This document shows positions 56,378 to 64,000 of a stretch of 64,000 nucleotides of DNA, one piece after another (position 1 is the first letter of the stretch; each line of letters begins with the position of its first letter). The notes under the pieces were generated by a model. That model made no database searches and was not told the origin of the DNA. It saw nothing but the letters and a program-made list of their open reading frames with translations. This DNA comes from Erysipelotrichaceae bacterium. Lineage in GTDB: Bacteria; Bacillota_I; Bacilli_A; Erysipelotrichales; Erysipelotrichaceae. A program made the translations under genes and the position numbers. Where the stretch lies: assembly GCA_017432895.1 (NCBI GenBank), contig JAFRIG010000007.1:927-64926 (forward strand), written 5' to 3'.

Positions 56378-58232
56378 TTATTTCTTTTCCGGTCTGGATA
56401 CCCAAGCCTATGAATACATGGGCGTTCATAAGCTCGGCAACGGTGTTGAGTTTTATCTCTGGGCACCCCATGCCAGAAGAGTTGAAGTTTTCATGTCCCG
56501 TGATGATTTCAGGGTCTTTTATGATCTGAATAAAGTGGATGATCGAGGCATTTGGCATCTGGTGATCGACAACTGTGAGCCGATCTATTCCTACCGCTAC
56601 CGCATCACCGGTGAAAACGGGGCCGTGGTCTACAAGTCCGATCCTTACGCTTTCTATTCGGAGCTGCGTCCGGACAACGCTTCGGTCATGTATGATCTGA
56701 ACAATTATCAGTTTACCGATAATGAATATATGGCCAAAAGGAATTTCTCTTATGAGAATCCTTTGAACATCTATGAGATCCATGTCAATGGCTTCAAACA
56801 CGATGGCCGATTGACGACTTATCGGGAACTCAAGGAAGAACTGATCCCTTACGTCAAGAATATGGGCTATACCCATATCGAGATGATGCCTATCGTCGAA
56901 CATCCATATGATGGTTCCTGGGGCTATCAGGCGACGGGCTTCTTTTCGGCAACTTCCCGCTATGGCACCCCCTGGGATCTGAAGGATTTCATCAACGAGT
57001 GTCATCTCAATGACATCGGTGTCATCCTCGATGTCTCCTATGTCCACTTTGCGACCGATTCCTTCGGTTTAGGCAATTTTGACGGTCAGCCCTGTTACGA
57101 ATACAAGGATGCCAATATTCAGAGATCGCAATGGGATTCCTACCAGTTCGATCTGGGCCATGGACCGGTCATCTCTTATCTGATGTCGTCGGCCAACTTC
57201 TTCATCAACGAGTATCATTTCGATGGCTTGCGGATGGATGCGGTCTCCAACATCATCTACTATGAAGGCAACAAGAATATCGGTGAAAACATGTCCGGCT
57301 TGTCTTTCGTCAAGCGTTTCAACTACACGATGAAGAAGGAACATCCGGATATCATGCTGATAGCGGAAGATTCGACCGATTATCCCAAAGTCACCGTTCC
57401 GACCCAATACGAAGGTCTGGGCTTTGACTACAAGTGGGATCTGGGCTGGATGAACGATACCCTGAAGTACTATGCTATGGATCCGGAATACAGACAGTAT
57501 CACCACAACATGCTGACGTTCTCGATGGCCTATTTCTATTCCGAGAAATTCATCCTGCCGCTTTCTCATGACGAGGTGGTCCACTCCAAAAAGACCATCG
57601 TCGACAAGATGTGGGGCAACTACGAGACGCAATTCGCGCAATGCCGCAACCTCTTCTTGTACATGTTCACCCATCCGGGTAAGAAGTTAAATTTCTTAGG
57701 CAACGATATCGCAATGTATCGGGAATTCGATGAGACCAGAGGACTTGACTGGCATCTGCTGCAATATCCGGCTCATGATTCTTTCAACCGCTATTTCCGG
57801 GATCTTTGCCAGATCTACAAGAGCTATAAAGTCTTCAATTCGCTGGACTATGATCCGTCTTCCTTCCGCTGGATCGATGCGGATAACTACAAGCAGTCGG
57901 TTTACATCTATACCCGTTATGAAGACGACTACTGTTTCCTGATCGTATTGAATATGAAACCGATCTCCTATACCAACTACCGCATCGGCGTGCCTTATAA
58001 AGGTGTGTATACCGAGATCATCAATTCGGAAAAGGATATCTACAATGGCTGCAATATGTGCAACTTCAAGCCGATCAGATCGCGCAAAGAAAAAGCACAT
58101 GGTCTGCCCAATTCGATCGAGATCGATCTGGCACCATATGCCGGTGTGATGTTTGTGGTCAAGACGGGAAAGAAACAGCCGATCCTGGAAGATCCCGACC
58201 TGATCAAAAGCCGGGCTTCAAAGGCGGCGTAG
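56367..58232 (+). CDS. glgB: 1,4-alpha-glucan branching enzyme
   Basis: GH13_9 motifs 'GVILDVSYVHF', 'GLRMDAVS', 'IAEDST' and 'LSHDEVVH'. 621 aa. 11-nt overlap with glgA. Confidence 0.95.
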   Translation: MNLDYFFSGLDTQAYEYMGVHKLGNGVEFYLWAPHARRVEVFMSRDDFRVFYDLNKVDDRGIWHLVIDNCEPIYSYRYRITGENGAVVYKSDPYAFYSELRPDNASVMYDLNNYQFTDNEYMAKRNFSYENPLNIYEIHVNGFKHDGRLTTYRELKEELIPYVKNMGYTHIEMMPIVEHPYDGSWGYQATGFFSATSRYGTPWDLKDFINECHLNDIGVILDVSYVHFATDSFGLGNFDGQPCYEYKDANIQRSQWDSYQFDLGHGPVISYLMSSANFFINEYHFDGLRMDAVSNIIYYEGNKNIGENMSGLSFVKRFNYTMKKEHPDIMLIAEDSTDYPKVTVPTQYEGLGFDYKWDLGWMNDTLKYYAMDPEYRQYHHNMLTFSMAYFYSEKFILPLSHDEVVHSKKTIVDKMWGNYETQFAQCRNLFLYMFTHPGKKLNFLGNDIAMYREFDETRGLDWHLLQYPAHDSFNRYFRDLCQIYKSYKVFNSLDYDPSSFRWIDADNYKQSVYIYTRYEDDYCFLIVLNMKPISYTNYRIGVPYKGVYTEIINSEKDIYNGCNMCNFKPIRSRKEKAHGLPNSIEIDLAPYAGVMFVVKTGKKQPILEDPDLIKSRASKAA

Positions 58233-58886
58233 CTGATCTTTCTGCTCAGTACTTAAACGATAGGAATCCAATGCTTTGCGGATTCCTTTTTTTCGCACTT
58301 CTTCGTCGATCATTTCATTTTGGACGAATTGAAGCGTTTCTTCATAATAAAACATAAAAAGATAGGACAAAAGCCAGGCCCCGGCCATCTTGACATAGTA
58401 ACCACAATAGGGCTGATCTTTGATGATACGGAAGAGATCTTGAAGATATTCATCGTCGATGTAGTAATTTAATAAAACCACCAGGGCATAACGCTGAATG
58501 AATTCTTCGTTGCTCTCCAAATACTTCTGCACATAGGGATAGTAAAGTTCTTTGTTTTTTCTTATCTGCTTCAAAGAGGAGACAAAGCTGTCACAGATCG
58601 CCCAGTTGTCGATTTTAGGCAGAAAGTTTTCGATGATATCGATCTTATCTTCAAAAGGGTCCTTTGCATAGGCAATGCAGAAGCCTTCTATAAGAACTTC
58701 TTCATAATACTTTTCTTCAAAGATGAGTTCTTCCTTTTCTTTGATGAGCTTTCGGGCGTAATCCCGTAAAAGCGGCACACGGATACCGATGAGTTCATAG
58801 CGGGTCTGGCCCAGAATATTCTGATGGAAATCGCGATACTTCAGATCCTGCATGGACAGAAGTCTGGCTTGTATATTGTTTTTCAC
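58218..58886 (-). CDS. DNA alkylation repair protein (AlkD-like HEAT-repeat family)
   Basis: 'LKYRDFHQNILGQTRYELIGIRVPLLRDYARKL' and 'WAICDSF' are typical of the family. The start is uncertain: GTG 58886 (chosen), ATG 58853, or the longest ORF at 58997, which would overlap the divergent gene. Confidence 0.7.
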   Translation of the reverse strand: MKNNIQARLLSMQDLKYRDFHQNILGQTRYELIGIRVPLLRDYARKLIKEKEELIFEEKYYEEVLIEGFCIAYAKDPFEDKIDIIENFLPKIDNWAICDSFVSSLKQIRKNKELYYPYVQKYLESNEEFIQRYALVVLLNYYIDDEYLQDLFRIIKDQPYCGYYVKMAGAWLLSYLFMFYYEETLQFVQNEMIDEEVRKKGIRKALDSYRLSTEQKDQLRRL

Positions 58887-58917
58887 AGTTTTAATTATAA
58901 ATGGTAAAATAGTGTTT

Positions 58918-59316
58918 ATGAAAGAAATGGCTGTCAGGTTAAAAAGGGGTGAAGACCTCAAAGAAAGGATGGAAGATATCTGCCTAACAAACGGCATCGA
59001 TACGGCCGTCGTGCTTTCAGGTGTAGGCTGCGTCTATCAGGCAAAGATCAGACTGGCCGGGGGCGAGTCTTTCTATGAAAACAAGGAGAATTACGAGATC
59101 GTATCTCTGACGGGAACGATCAGTAAGGGCCATGCCCATGTCCATATTTCTTTGGCCGACATCAGTGGTAAGGCCATCGGTGGCCATCTTTGTAAGGGCT
59201 GTATGATCGATACGACCTGCGAGCTGGTTCTGGGTATTCTCGAGGAATACGAATCCAAGCGTGTCTATGATCCCGATACGGGTTATGACGAAATAGAATT
59301 TGAGAAGGTGAGGTAA
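58918..59316 (+). CDS. PPC (DUF296) domain protein
   Basis: 'AVRLKRGEDLKERMEDICLTNGIDTAVVLSGVGCV...YEIVSLTGTIS...HAHVHISLADISGKAIGGHL' matches the PPC/DUF296 pattern. The ATG at 58918 is preferred over the upstream alternative start at 58852. Confidence 0.7.
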   Translation: MKEMAVRLKRGEDLKERMEDICLTNGIDTAVVLSGVGCVYQAKIRLAGGESFYENKENYEIVSLTGTISKGHAHVHISLADISGKAIGGHLCKGCMIDTTCELVLGILEEYESKRVYDPDTGYDEIEFEKVR

Positions 59317-59320
59317 AATT

Positions 59321-60313
59321 ATGATCAATGTTTATATCGTATCCGGCTTTCTTGGGGCCGGTAAGACGACTTTTATTCAGAAATTATTGAGCGAAAAGAA
59401 ATTCGAAAGACCGATGTTACTGGAAAACGAATTCGGCGAGGTCGGTGTCGATGGCGCTTTCTTCGATAAGAATCTCAATATCAAAGAGATCAACAACGGC
59501 TGTATCTGCTGCTCCTTACAGGGTGACTTTGAAGATGCCCTGGAAGAGATCGAAGAGATGGGTGTCAGTGATCTGATCATCGAACCTTCGGGTGTGGGCA
59601 AGCTTTCCGAGATCATCAATGTCGTAAAAGCCGATCCCGATTTCAGGATCGTGTCCCATATCTGTATCGTCGATGTCAAGACCTGCCGCAAGTATCATCT
59701 CAATTTCAAGGAATACTTCAATGATCAGGTGGCGGCAGCCAACGCTTTGATCCTCTCCCACACTGATGTGGCCGATGAGGAGACGATCGAAAAGGCGAGC
59801 GATATCGCCAGAGAACTCAACGAAGAAGCGCAGATCGTATCTGAACCGATCGGGGACATGCCGATCGAAGAGCTTTTGAATATCATCGTTTCCGGTGGGG
59901 ATATCATGCCTGATTTCGACGAAGAAGAAGAGCACCACCATCACCACGATGATGAAGACGAAGACGAATATGAACACCATCATGAGCATGAACATCATCA
60001 CCACGACCACGTTCATCACCATCATCACCATCATGGTGAAGACGACGATGACGAGGATGAGCCTTTCCTCAATCTGATCCTGCGTCCGACTTATAAGTTT
60101 ACCAAAGAAGAACTGGCGGAGATCTTTGAAAAGATCCCTGAGGATATCATCAGGATCAAGGGTTATGTCTTAGGTGAAGAAGAGACTTTATATTTCAACT
60201 ACGTGCTGAATGAATACCACATCTTTGCGGGTTCGCCAAGGGATGAAGCTCTGGTTTCGATCATCGGTACGGAAATCGATGAAGCATATTTTGAGGAATT
60301 ATTCCATGATTAA
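59321..60313 (+). CDS. COG0523-family (CobW/ZigA/YciC-like) metallochaperone GTPase with a His/Asp/Glu-rich insert
   Basis: P-loop 'GFLGAGKTTF', metal-binding 'GCICCS' (CxCC, nt 59501-59512), 'IEPSG', and a His-rich tract 'EEEEHHHHHDDEDEDEYEHHHEHEHHHHDHVHHHHHHHGEDDDDEDE' (nt ~59921-60060). Confidence 0.9.
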   Translation: MINVYIVSGFLGAGKTTFIQKLLSEKKFERPMLLENEFGEVGVDGAFFDKNLNIKEINNGCICCSLQGDFEDALEEIEEMGVSDLIIEPSGVGKLSEIINVVKADPDFRIVSHICIVDVKTCRKYHLNFKEYFNDQVAAANALILSHTDVADEETIEKASDIARELNEEAQIVSEPIGDMPIEELLNIIVSGGDIMPDFDEEEEHHHHHDDEDEDEYEHHHEHEHHHHDHVHHHHHHHGEDDDDEDEPFLNLILRPTYKFTKEELAEIFEKIPEDIIRIKGYVLGEEETLYFNYVLNEYHIFAGSPRDEALVSIIGTEIDEAYFEELFHD

Positions 60314-61235
60314 ACCCGTCTATGTCTTTTCCGGTTTCATCGATGCGGGCAAGACTTCGGCGATCAAGTCGACGCTTTACAATCCCCGCTTTAACGAAGG
60401 GGAGGCGACCCTGATCCTTTGTTTTGAACAGGGCGATGTCGAATACGATCAGAAGTTTCTGCAGTTTTCCAATTCGAAGGTCCTGTATCTTGATTCGATC
60501 AATGAGCTGAGCATCGAGAAACAGAAACAGATCGATAAGGAGTATGAGTTTGAAAGAGTCTTCATTGAGCTCAACGGCATGGAAGATGACAACATCCTCT
60601 ATGATACCGGTTTTATCCAGAACTGGGAGTTGGCTCAGACTCTGACTTGCATCGATGCTTCGAAGTTCACCATGTATCTGGCCAATCTGCGCCAGTTTCT
60701 CTACAACCACGTCGTCAACGCCGAGGTCGTCATCCTCAACCGTTCCGATGGGGTGGACAAGCGTTATCTGCGCAATAATCTCAAGTCGATCAATCAGTTC
60801 ATCGAACTGATCTTCGAGGATAAGGACGGCAATGTCTCCAACAAGATCGAAGATGAACTCTTTGATGTTTCCAAACCTTTGGATATCTCGGATACCGACT
60901 ACGGTCTCTGGTTCATGGATGCGATCGATAATCCTAAGAAGTACGACCGCAAACAGCTGACGATCAAGGCCAAGTATGCCGGCAAGATCGAGGATGCGAA
61001 AGATGTCCTGATCATGGGTCGCAAGGCGATGGTCTGTTGTGCGGAGGATATCACGGATATCGCTTTGCCCTGTATCGGTTTGAATGAGAAACAGATCGAT
61101 AAAGACAAGTATTATACATTGAGTGGCACTTCCATCTGCATCGAGAATGATGAGGGGATGGAGATGTGTGCTTTGAAAGTCGACAGCTTTACTGAAGCTG
61201 AAGCTCCAGCTGAAGAACTGGTCAATTTCAACTAG
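60306..61235 (+). CDS. Divergent COG0523-like P-loop protein lacking CxCC, with a C-terminal CCxxD-containing domain
   Basis: The ATG at 60306 overlaps the upstream gene by 8 nt. P-loop 'GFIDAGKTS', with no CxCC in the expected position. The C-terminal region reads 'LIMGRKAMVCCAEDITDIALPC'. Confidence 0.7.
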   Translation: MIKPVYVFSGFIDAGKTSAIKSTLYNPRFNEGEATLILCFEQGDVEYDQKFLQFSNSKVLYLDSINELSIEKQKQIDKEYEFERVFIELNGMEDDNILYDTGFIQNWELAQTLTCIDASKFTMYLANLRQFLYNHVVNAEVVILNRSDGVDKRYLRNNLKSINQFIELIFEDKDGNVSNKIEDELFDVSKPLDISDTDYGLWFMDAIDNPKKYDRKQLTIKAKYAGKIEDAKDVLIMGRKAMVCCAEDITDIALPCIGLNEKQIDKDKYYTLSGTSICIENDEGMEMCALKVDSFTEAEAPAEELVNFN

Positions 61236-61243
61236 GAGGTCTC

Positions 61244-62080
61244 ATGAACGTATTAAAAGCTATTCTTTTCGGGATCATCGAAGGTATCACGGAATGGATG
61301 CCGGTATCTTCGACAGCCCATATGAAGATCCTTAACGTGTTTTTTCCGTTGGATGTTTCCGCTGAATTCTATGAGGTCTTCGAAGTCGTCATTCAATTGG
61401 GTGCCATCCTGGCCCTGGTCATCGTCTTTTTCAATAAGATCTGGCCCTTTGGCAAGTCCCGTCATCCTTTAGGCAAGGGAATACTGTCTTATATTCGCAA
61501 GGATAAATTCATCCTGTGGCTGAAGATCGTTGTAGCCTGTCTGCCGGTCATCATCTTTGAACTGCTACTGGATGATCTGTTTGATTTCATCAATGAGAAA
61601 AACGAGATGATCTTTATCGGTATCGCTCTGATCCTGGTGGGTATCGTCTTCATCGTTGTGGAAGCTTTGATCAAAGGCAAGAAACCGAGTGTCGAATCGA
61701 CCCGTTCGATCAGCTTTATGCAGGCTTTGATCATCGGTTTAGCTCAGTTGATCGCAGCCATCTTCCCGGGTGTTTCCCGTTCCGGTGCAACGATCATCGC
61801 GTCTTTGCTGCTGGGGATCTCCCGTCCTGCAGCGACCGAGTTCACTTTTGAAGTGGCGATTCCGGTCATGTTTGGAGCCAGTTTGATGGAAGTTCTTAAG
61901 TTTACGGGAACGGTCTCCTTTATGGAGGTTCTGACGCTGATCGTGGGCTGTGTCTCGGCTTTCGTCGTTTCTTTGTTTATGATCAGGTTTGTTTTGAACT
62001 ATATCAAAAAGAACACTTTCACGATCTTTGGCATCTATCGGATCCTGATGGGTCTGATCATTCTGATCTTTTTAAGATAA
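61244..62080 (+). CDS. uppP: Undecaprenyl-diphosphate phosphatase
   Basis: 'GIIEGITEWMPVSSTAHM' and 'FPGVSRSGATI' are the two conserved BacA/UppP motifs. RBS AGGAGG. Confidence 0.95.
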   Translation: MNVLKAILFGIIEGITEWMPVSSTAHMKILNVFFPLDVSAEFYEVFEVVIQLGAILALVIVFFNKIWPFGKSRHPLGKGILSYIRKDKFILWLKIVVACLPVIIFELLLDDLFDFINEKNEMIFIGIALILVGIVFIVVEALIKGKKPSVESTRSISFMQALIIGLAQLIAAIFPGVSRSGATIIASLLLGISRPAATEFTFEVAIPVMFGASLMEVLKFTGTVSFMEVLTLIVGCVSAFVVSLFMIRFVLNYIKKNTFTIFGIYRILMGLIILIFLR

Positions 62081-63244
62081 ATGGATATTAAAGGTTTGAG
62101 CGGAATCTTTCTGGAAGGCCTGCTGTCCTTCTTCTCGCCATGCGTACTGCCTTTGATCCCCTTGTATATGTCGTATCTGGCAGGGGAAAACAGACAGACG
62201 GATGAAGAAGGCAAGGTCACTTATCAAAAGGGAAAGGTTTTCCTTTCAACCTTTTTCTTTGTCCTGGGGATCTGTCTGACCTTTGTGTTGCTAAGTCTTT
62301 CCATGAACGCCTTAAGCTCTGCCCTGGAAAGATATGCCAAGGTCATTTCGATCATCGGCGGAACTTTACTGATAGTGTTTGGTCTTCATGAGTGTGGGCT
62401 GATCCATATCGATATTTTAAATAAGGAACTTAAACCCAAAATAAAGCTTTCATTGCAGAAGATGAACAGTTTCAAGGCTTTCCTTTTGGGTTTTGTCTTT
62501 TCTTTGGGCTGGTCACCCTGTATCGGACCCTTGCTGGCAAACGCGTTGCTTAAGGCGGCGACCTCGGCCGATGGTTATCTGTACATCCTTGCCTATGGAC
62601 TGGGCCTGGTCATTCCGTTTCTTATCACGGGCTTATTTACCGAGAAGGTACTTAACTTCATCAGCCGCAACCGCAAGATCGTCAGATACGTGATGATCAT
62701 TGCCGGTGTGGTGCTGATGATCTTCGGTGTCACCATGATCAGGGACGCCTCCAGGCAGATCGCTTCCATGGAAGAACTGGTCCAGCATTCTCAACAAAAT
62801 GATGATGATAAGGATATCGGCAACTATCTGATCAATTATGAATTTGAAGACACCGATGGAAACAGTTTAAAGCTATCCGACTACAAGGGGAAGTATCTGT
62901 TTCTGAACTTTACGACCAGCTGGTGTACCTATTGCAAGATGGAGATCCCGGAATACCAGGCTTTTGCGGAAAATGAGGAAGTTGAATGTTTCTATGTCAT
63001 GGCGCCGATCAATGAGTCCAATGGCAAAGAAGATATCGTAAATTTCGTAAAAGAAAATGAACTGACTTTGCCGGTGATCGTAGATGCGGACAATGTCTTA
63101 TTCTACTATTGCGGGGTCAATTCATATCCGACGACTTATATCATCGACCCGGACGGCTATTTTGTCTGTTATGCCAGCGGGGCGATGTCTTTAGATGATT
63201 TCAATTCCTTCTTTGCCTATGCGAAGGATCTGAAGAACGACTGA
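62081..63244 (+). CDS. ccdA: CcdA/DsbD-type thiol:disulfide electron-transfer membrane protein fused to a TlpA/ResA-like thioredoxin domain
   Basis: The N-terminal six-TM part carries the two conserved Cys motifs 'FFSPCVLPLIP' and 'GWSPCIGPLL'. After a further TM helix, the C-terminal ~150 aa form a thioredoxin fold with 'FTTSWCTYCKMEIPE' (WCxxC). The ATG comes immediately after the uppP stop. Confidence 0.85.
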   Translation: MDIKGLSGIFLEGLLSFFSPCVLPLIPLYMSYLAGENRQTDEEGKVTYQKGKVFLSTFFFVLGICLTFVLLSLSMNALSSALERYAKVISIIGGTLLIVFGLHECGLIHIDILNKELKPKIKLSLQKMNSFKAFLLGFVFSLGWSPCIGPLLANALLKAATSADGYLYILAYGLGLVIPFLITGLFTEKVLNFISRNRKIVRYVMIIAGVVLMIFGVTMIRDASRQIASMEELVQHSQQNDDDKDIGNYLINYEFEDTDGNSLKLSDYKGKYLFLNFTTSWCTYCKMEIPEYQAFAENEEVECFYVMAPINESNGKEDIVNFVKENELTLPVIVDADNVLFYYCGVNSYPTTYIIDPDGYFVCYASGAMSLDDFNSFFAYAKDLKND

Positions 63245-63988
63245 TCAAAGATCGGCATTATCAGGAAGATAGGAATCAAAGATGAAGCAATTGTAGTAGG
63301 GCTTTATCTTTTTAAATACTTCATCCGATCTGACGGTCCAGGCGACACATTCGCCTTTCAAGAGTTTTGAGACGATCCTGAAAGAGAAATTCTCGTAGCC
63401 TTTGCAGTCAAAGGCGACGTAATCGGGTCGGGTAAAGGCGTTTAATAAGAGATTGGAAAGGGCGAACTTGAGCAGCCAGGGGATCTTGCTTTCTTTGTCG
63501 GAAAGGAAACTGTAGGCCAGCTGGCCTCTGATGACCTGGGGTTCATGCATCCTGAGGTATCTGATGACCATCGGATTGAAGGACTCCATGTTGAAGAGAC
63601 CCTGGTAGTCTCTGGTCATTTCAACGGCTTTTTTAGTCGTAGCGATGTAGTCTCCTTCGGATTTGATTTCGATGACTAAAGGCGTATCGGGTTTTAAACA
63701 GGCTAAAACATCCTTGAAAAGGGGTATCTTTTCATCTGTTTCCAGTAAAGAGTAACTTTGTAACTCCTCATAGGAACAGGAGGTCAGATCCTTGTCGATG
63801 CCGGTCATCCTTTTTAGTGAGGCATCATGGAAGACGACCAGCTGATCATCGGTTGTGAGTTGTACATCCAGTTCGATGCCGAAATCGTTGGCGACCGCCT
63901 TTTTAAATGCGGGCAGGGAGTTTTCGGGAACATCGAGGTTGTTGAAAAGACCCCGATGAGCCAGGAACTTCTTTTCGTATGGCTTCAT
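63245..63988 (-). CDS. Glycerophosphodiester phosphodiesterase family protein
   Basis: 'FLAHRGLFNNLDVPENSLPAFKKAV...GIELDVQLTTDDQLVVFHD' carries the GDPD catalytic HR...E.D motifs. 247 aa. Confidence 0.85.
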   Translation of the reverse strand: MKPYEKKFLAHRGLFNNLDVPENSLPAFKKAVANDFGIELDVQLTTDDQLVVFHDASLKRMTGIDKDLTSCSYEELQSYSLLETDEKIPLFKDVLACLKPDTPLVIEIKSEGDYIATTKKAVEMTRDYQGLFNMESFNPMVIRYLRMHEPQVIRGQLAYSFLSDKESKIPWLLKFALSNLLLNAFTRPDYVAFDCKGYENFSFRIVSKLLKGECVAWTVRSDEVFKKIKPYYNCFIFDSYLPDNADL

Positions 63989-64000
63989 GGCTTTCCGTCT

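Noticed and set aside
56232-57674. Two long minus-strand ORFs (271 aa and 201 aa), antisense to glgB and the end of glgA
   Set aside because: These are shadow ORFs opposite highly conserved GH13 coding sequence. They have no RBS, motifs or sensible composition. The same explanation applies to 19549-20247, 48666-49214, 49602-50734, 54950-55600 and 40182-41005.
59921-60060. Highly repetitive CAC/CAT/GAA/GAC DNA, considered as a non-coding repeat or array
   Set aside because: It lies in-frame within the COG0523 gene and encodes a His/Asp/Glu tract, a known feature of some metallochaperones. It is not a CRISPR array or a satellite.

Overview
This is a chromosomal window from a low-to-mid GC Firmicute, probably a gut anaerobe; Erysipelotrichia-like is only my guess. 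Supporting gene content: rpoA-rplQ, glgCDAB with a GlgD subunit, class III RNR, cmk directly followed by der with no rpsA between them, and mannose-family PTS genes. Coding density is high, genes are mostly on the + strand, and many junctions are translationally coupled (TAATG or ATGA overlaps). I found no rRNA, tRNA, CRISPR array, transposase or integrase.

Gene order:
- rpoA (5' truncated) and rplQ
- an AT-rich spacer of about 460 nt, then an accessory-looking block: a GAF-fused ABC ATPase, an 1100-aa FtsX-type permease with a long coiled coil, a membrane protein, a lone E2/CAT-fold acyltransferase, and two tandem pRiA4b-ORF3-like proteins
- an nrd module with two domain fusions (MarR::NrdG and NrdD::glutaredoxin-like)
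- a six-gene coupled operon: MarR, a heterodimeric ABC exporter, a small Cys-rich protein, a Gfo/Idh/MocA oxidoreductase and a lactonase
- a PRD regulator plus a 7.4-kb mannose-family PTS operon carrying MBL-fold, ceramidase-like and ChbG/YdjC-like hydrolases
- MFS and MATE transporters, NIF3, trxB, a nucleotidyltransferase, glpK, an iron-sulfur flavoprotein and a sirtuin
- an FMN riboswitch with ribU, a 513-aa hyper-acidic tail-anchored protein, cmk, der, and a class A PBP with a Lys-rich N-terminal tail
- pepP, exoA, pepV, a HAD hydrolase and pulA-glgC-glgD-glgA-glgB
- an AlkD-like protein, then a PPC/COG0523/COG0523-like/uppP/ccdA-thioredoxin operon and a GDPD gene

The most interesting items are the regulator/redox fusions on the anaerobic RNR genes with paired palindromic operators, the hydrolase-loaded PTS island, the exporter-oxidoreductase-lactonase operon, the GAF-ABC/PIP-like permease pair, the paired COG0523 proteins, and a window-wide excess of GATC. 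All functional calls come from motif recognition by eye; no database search was run.
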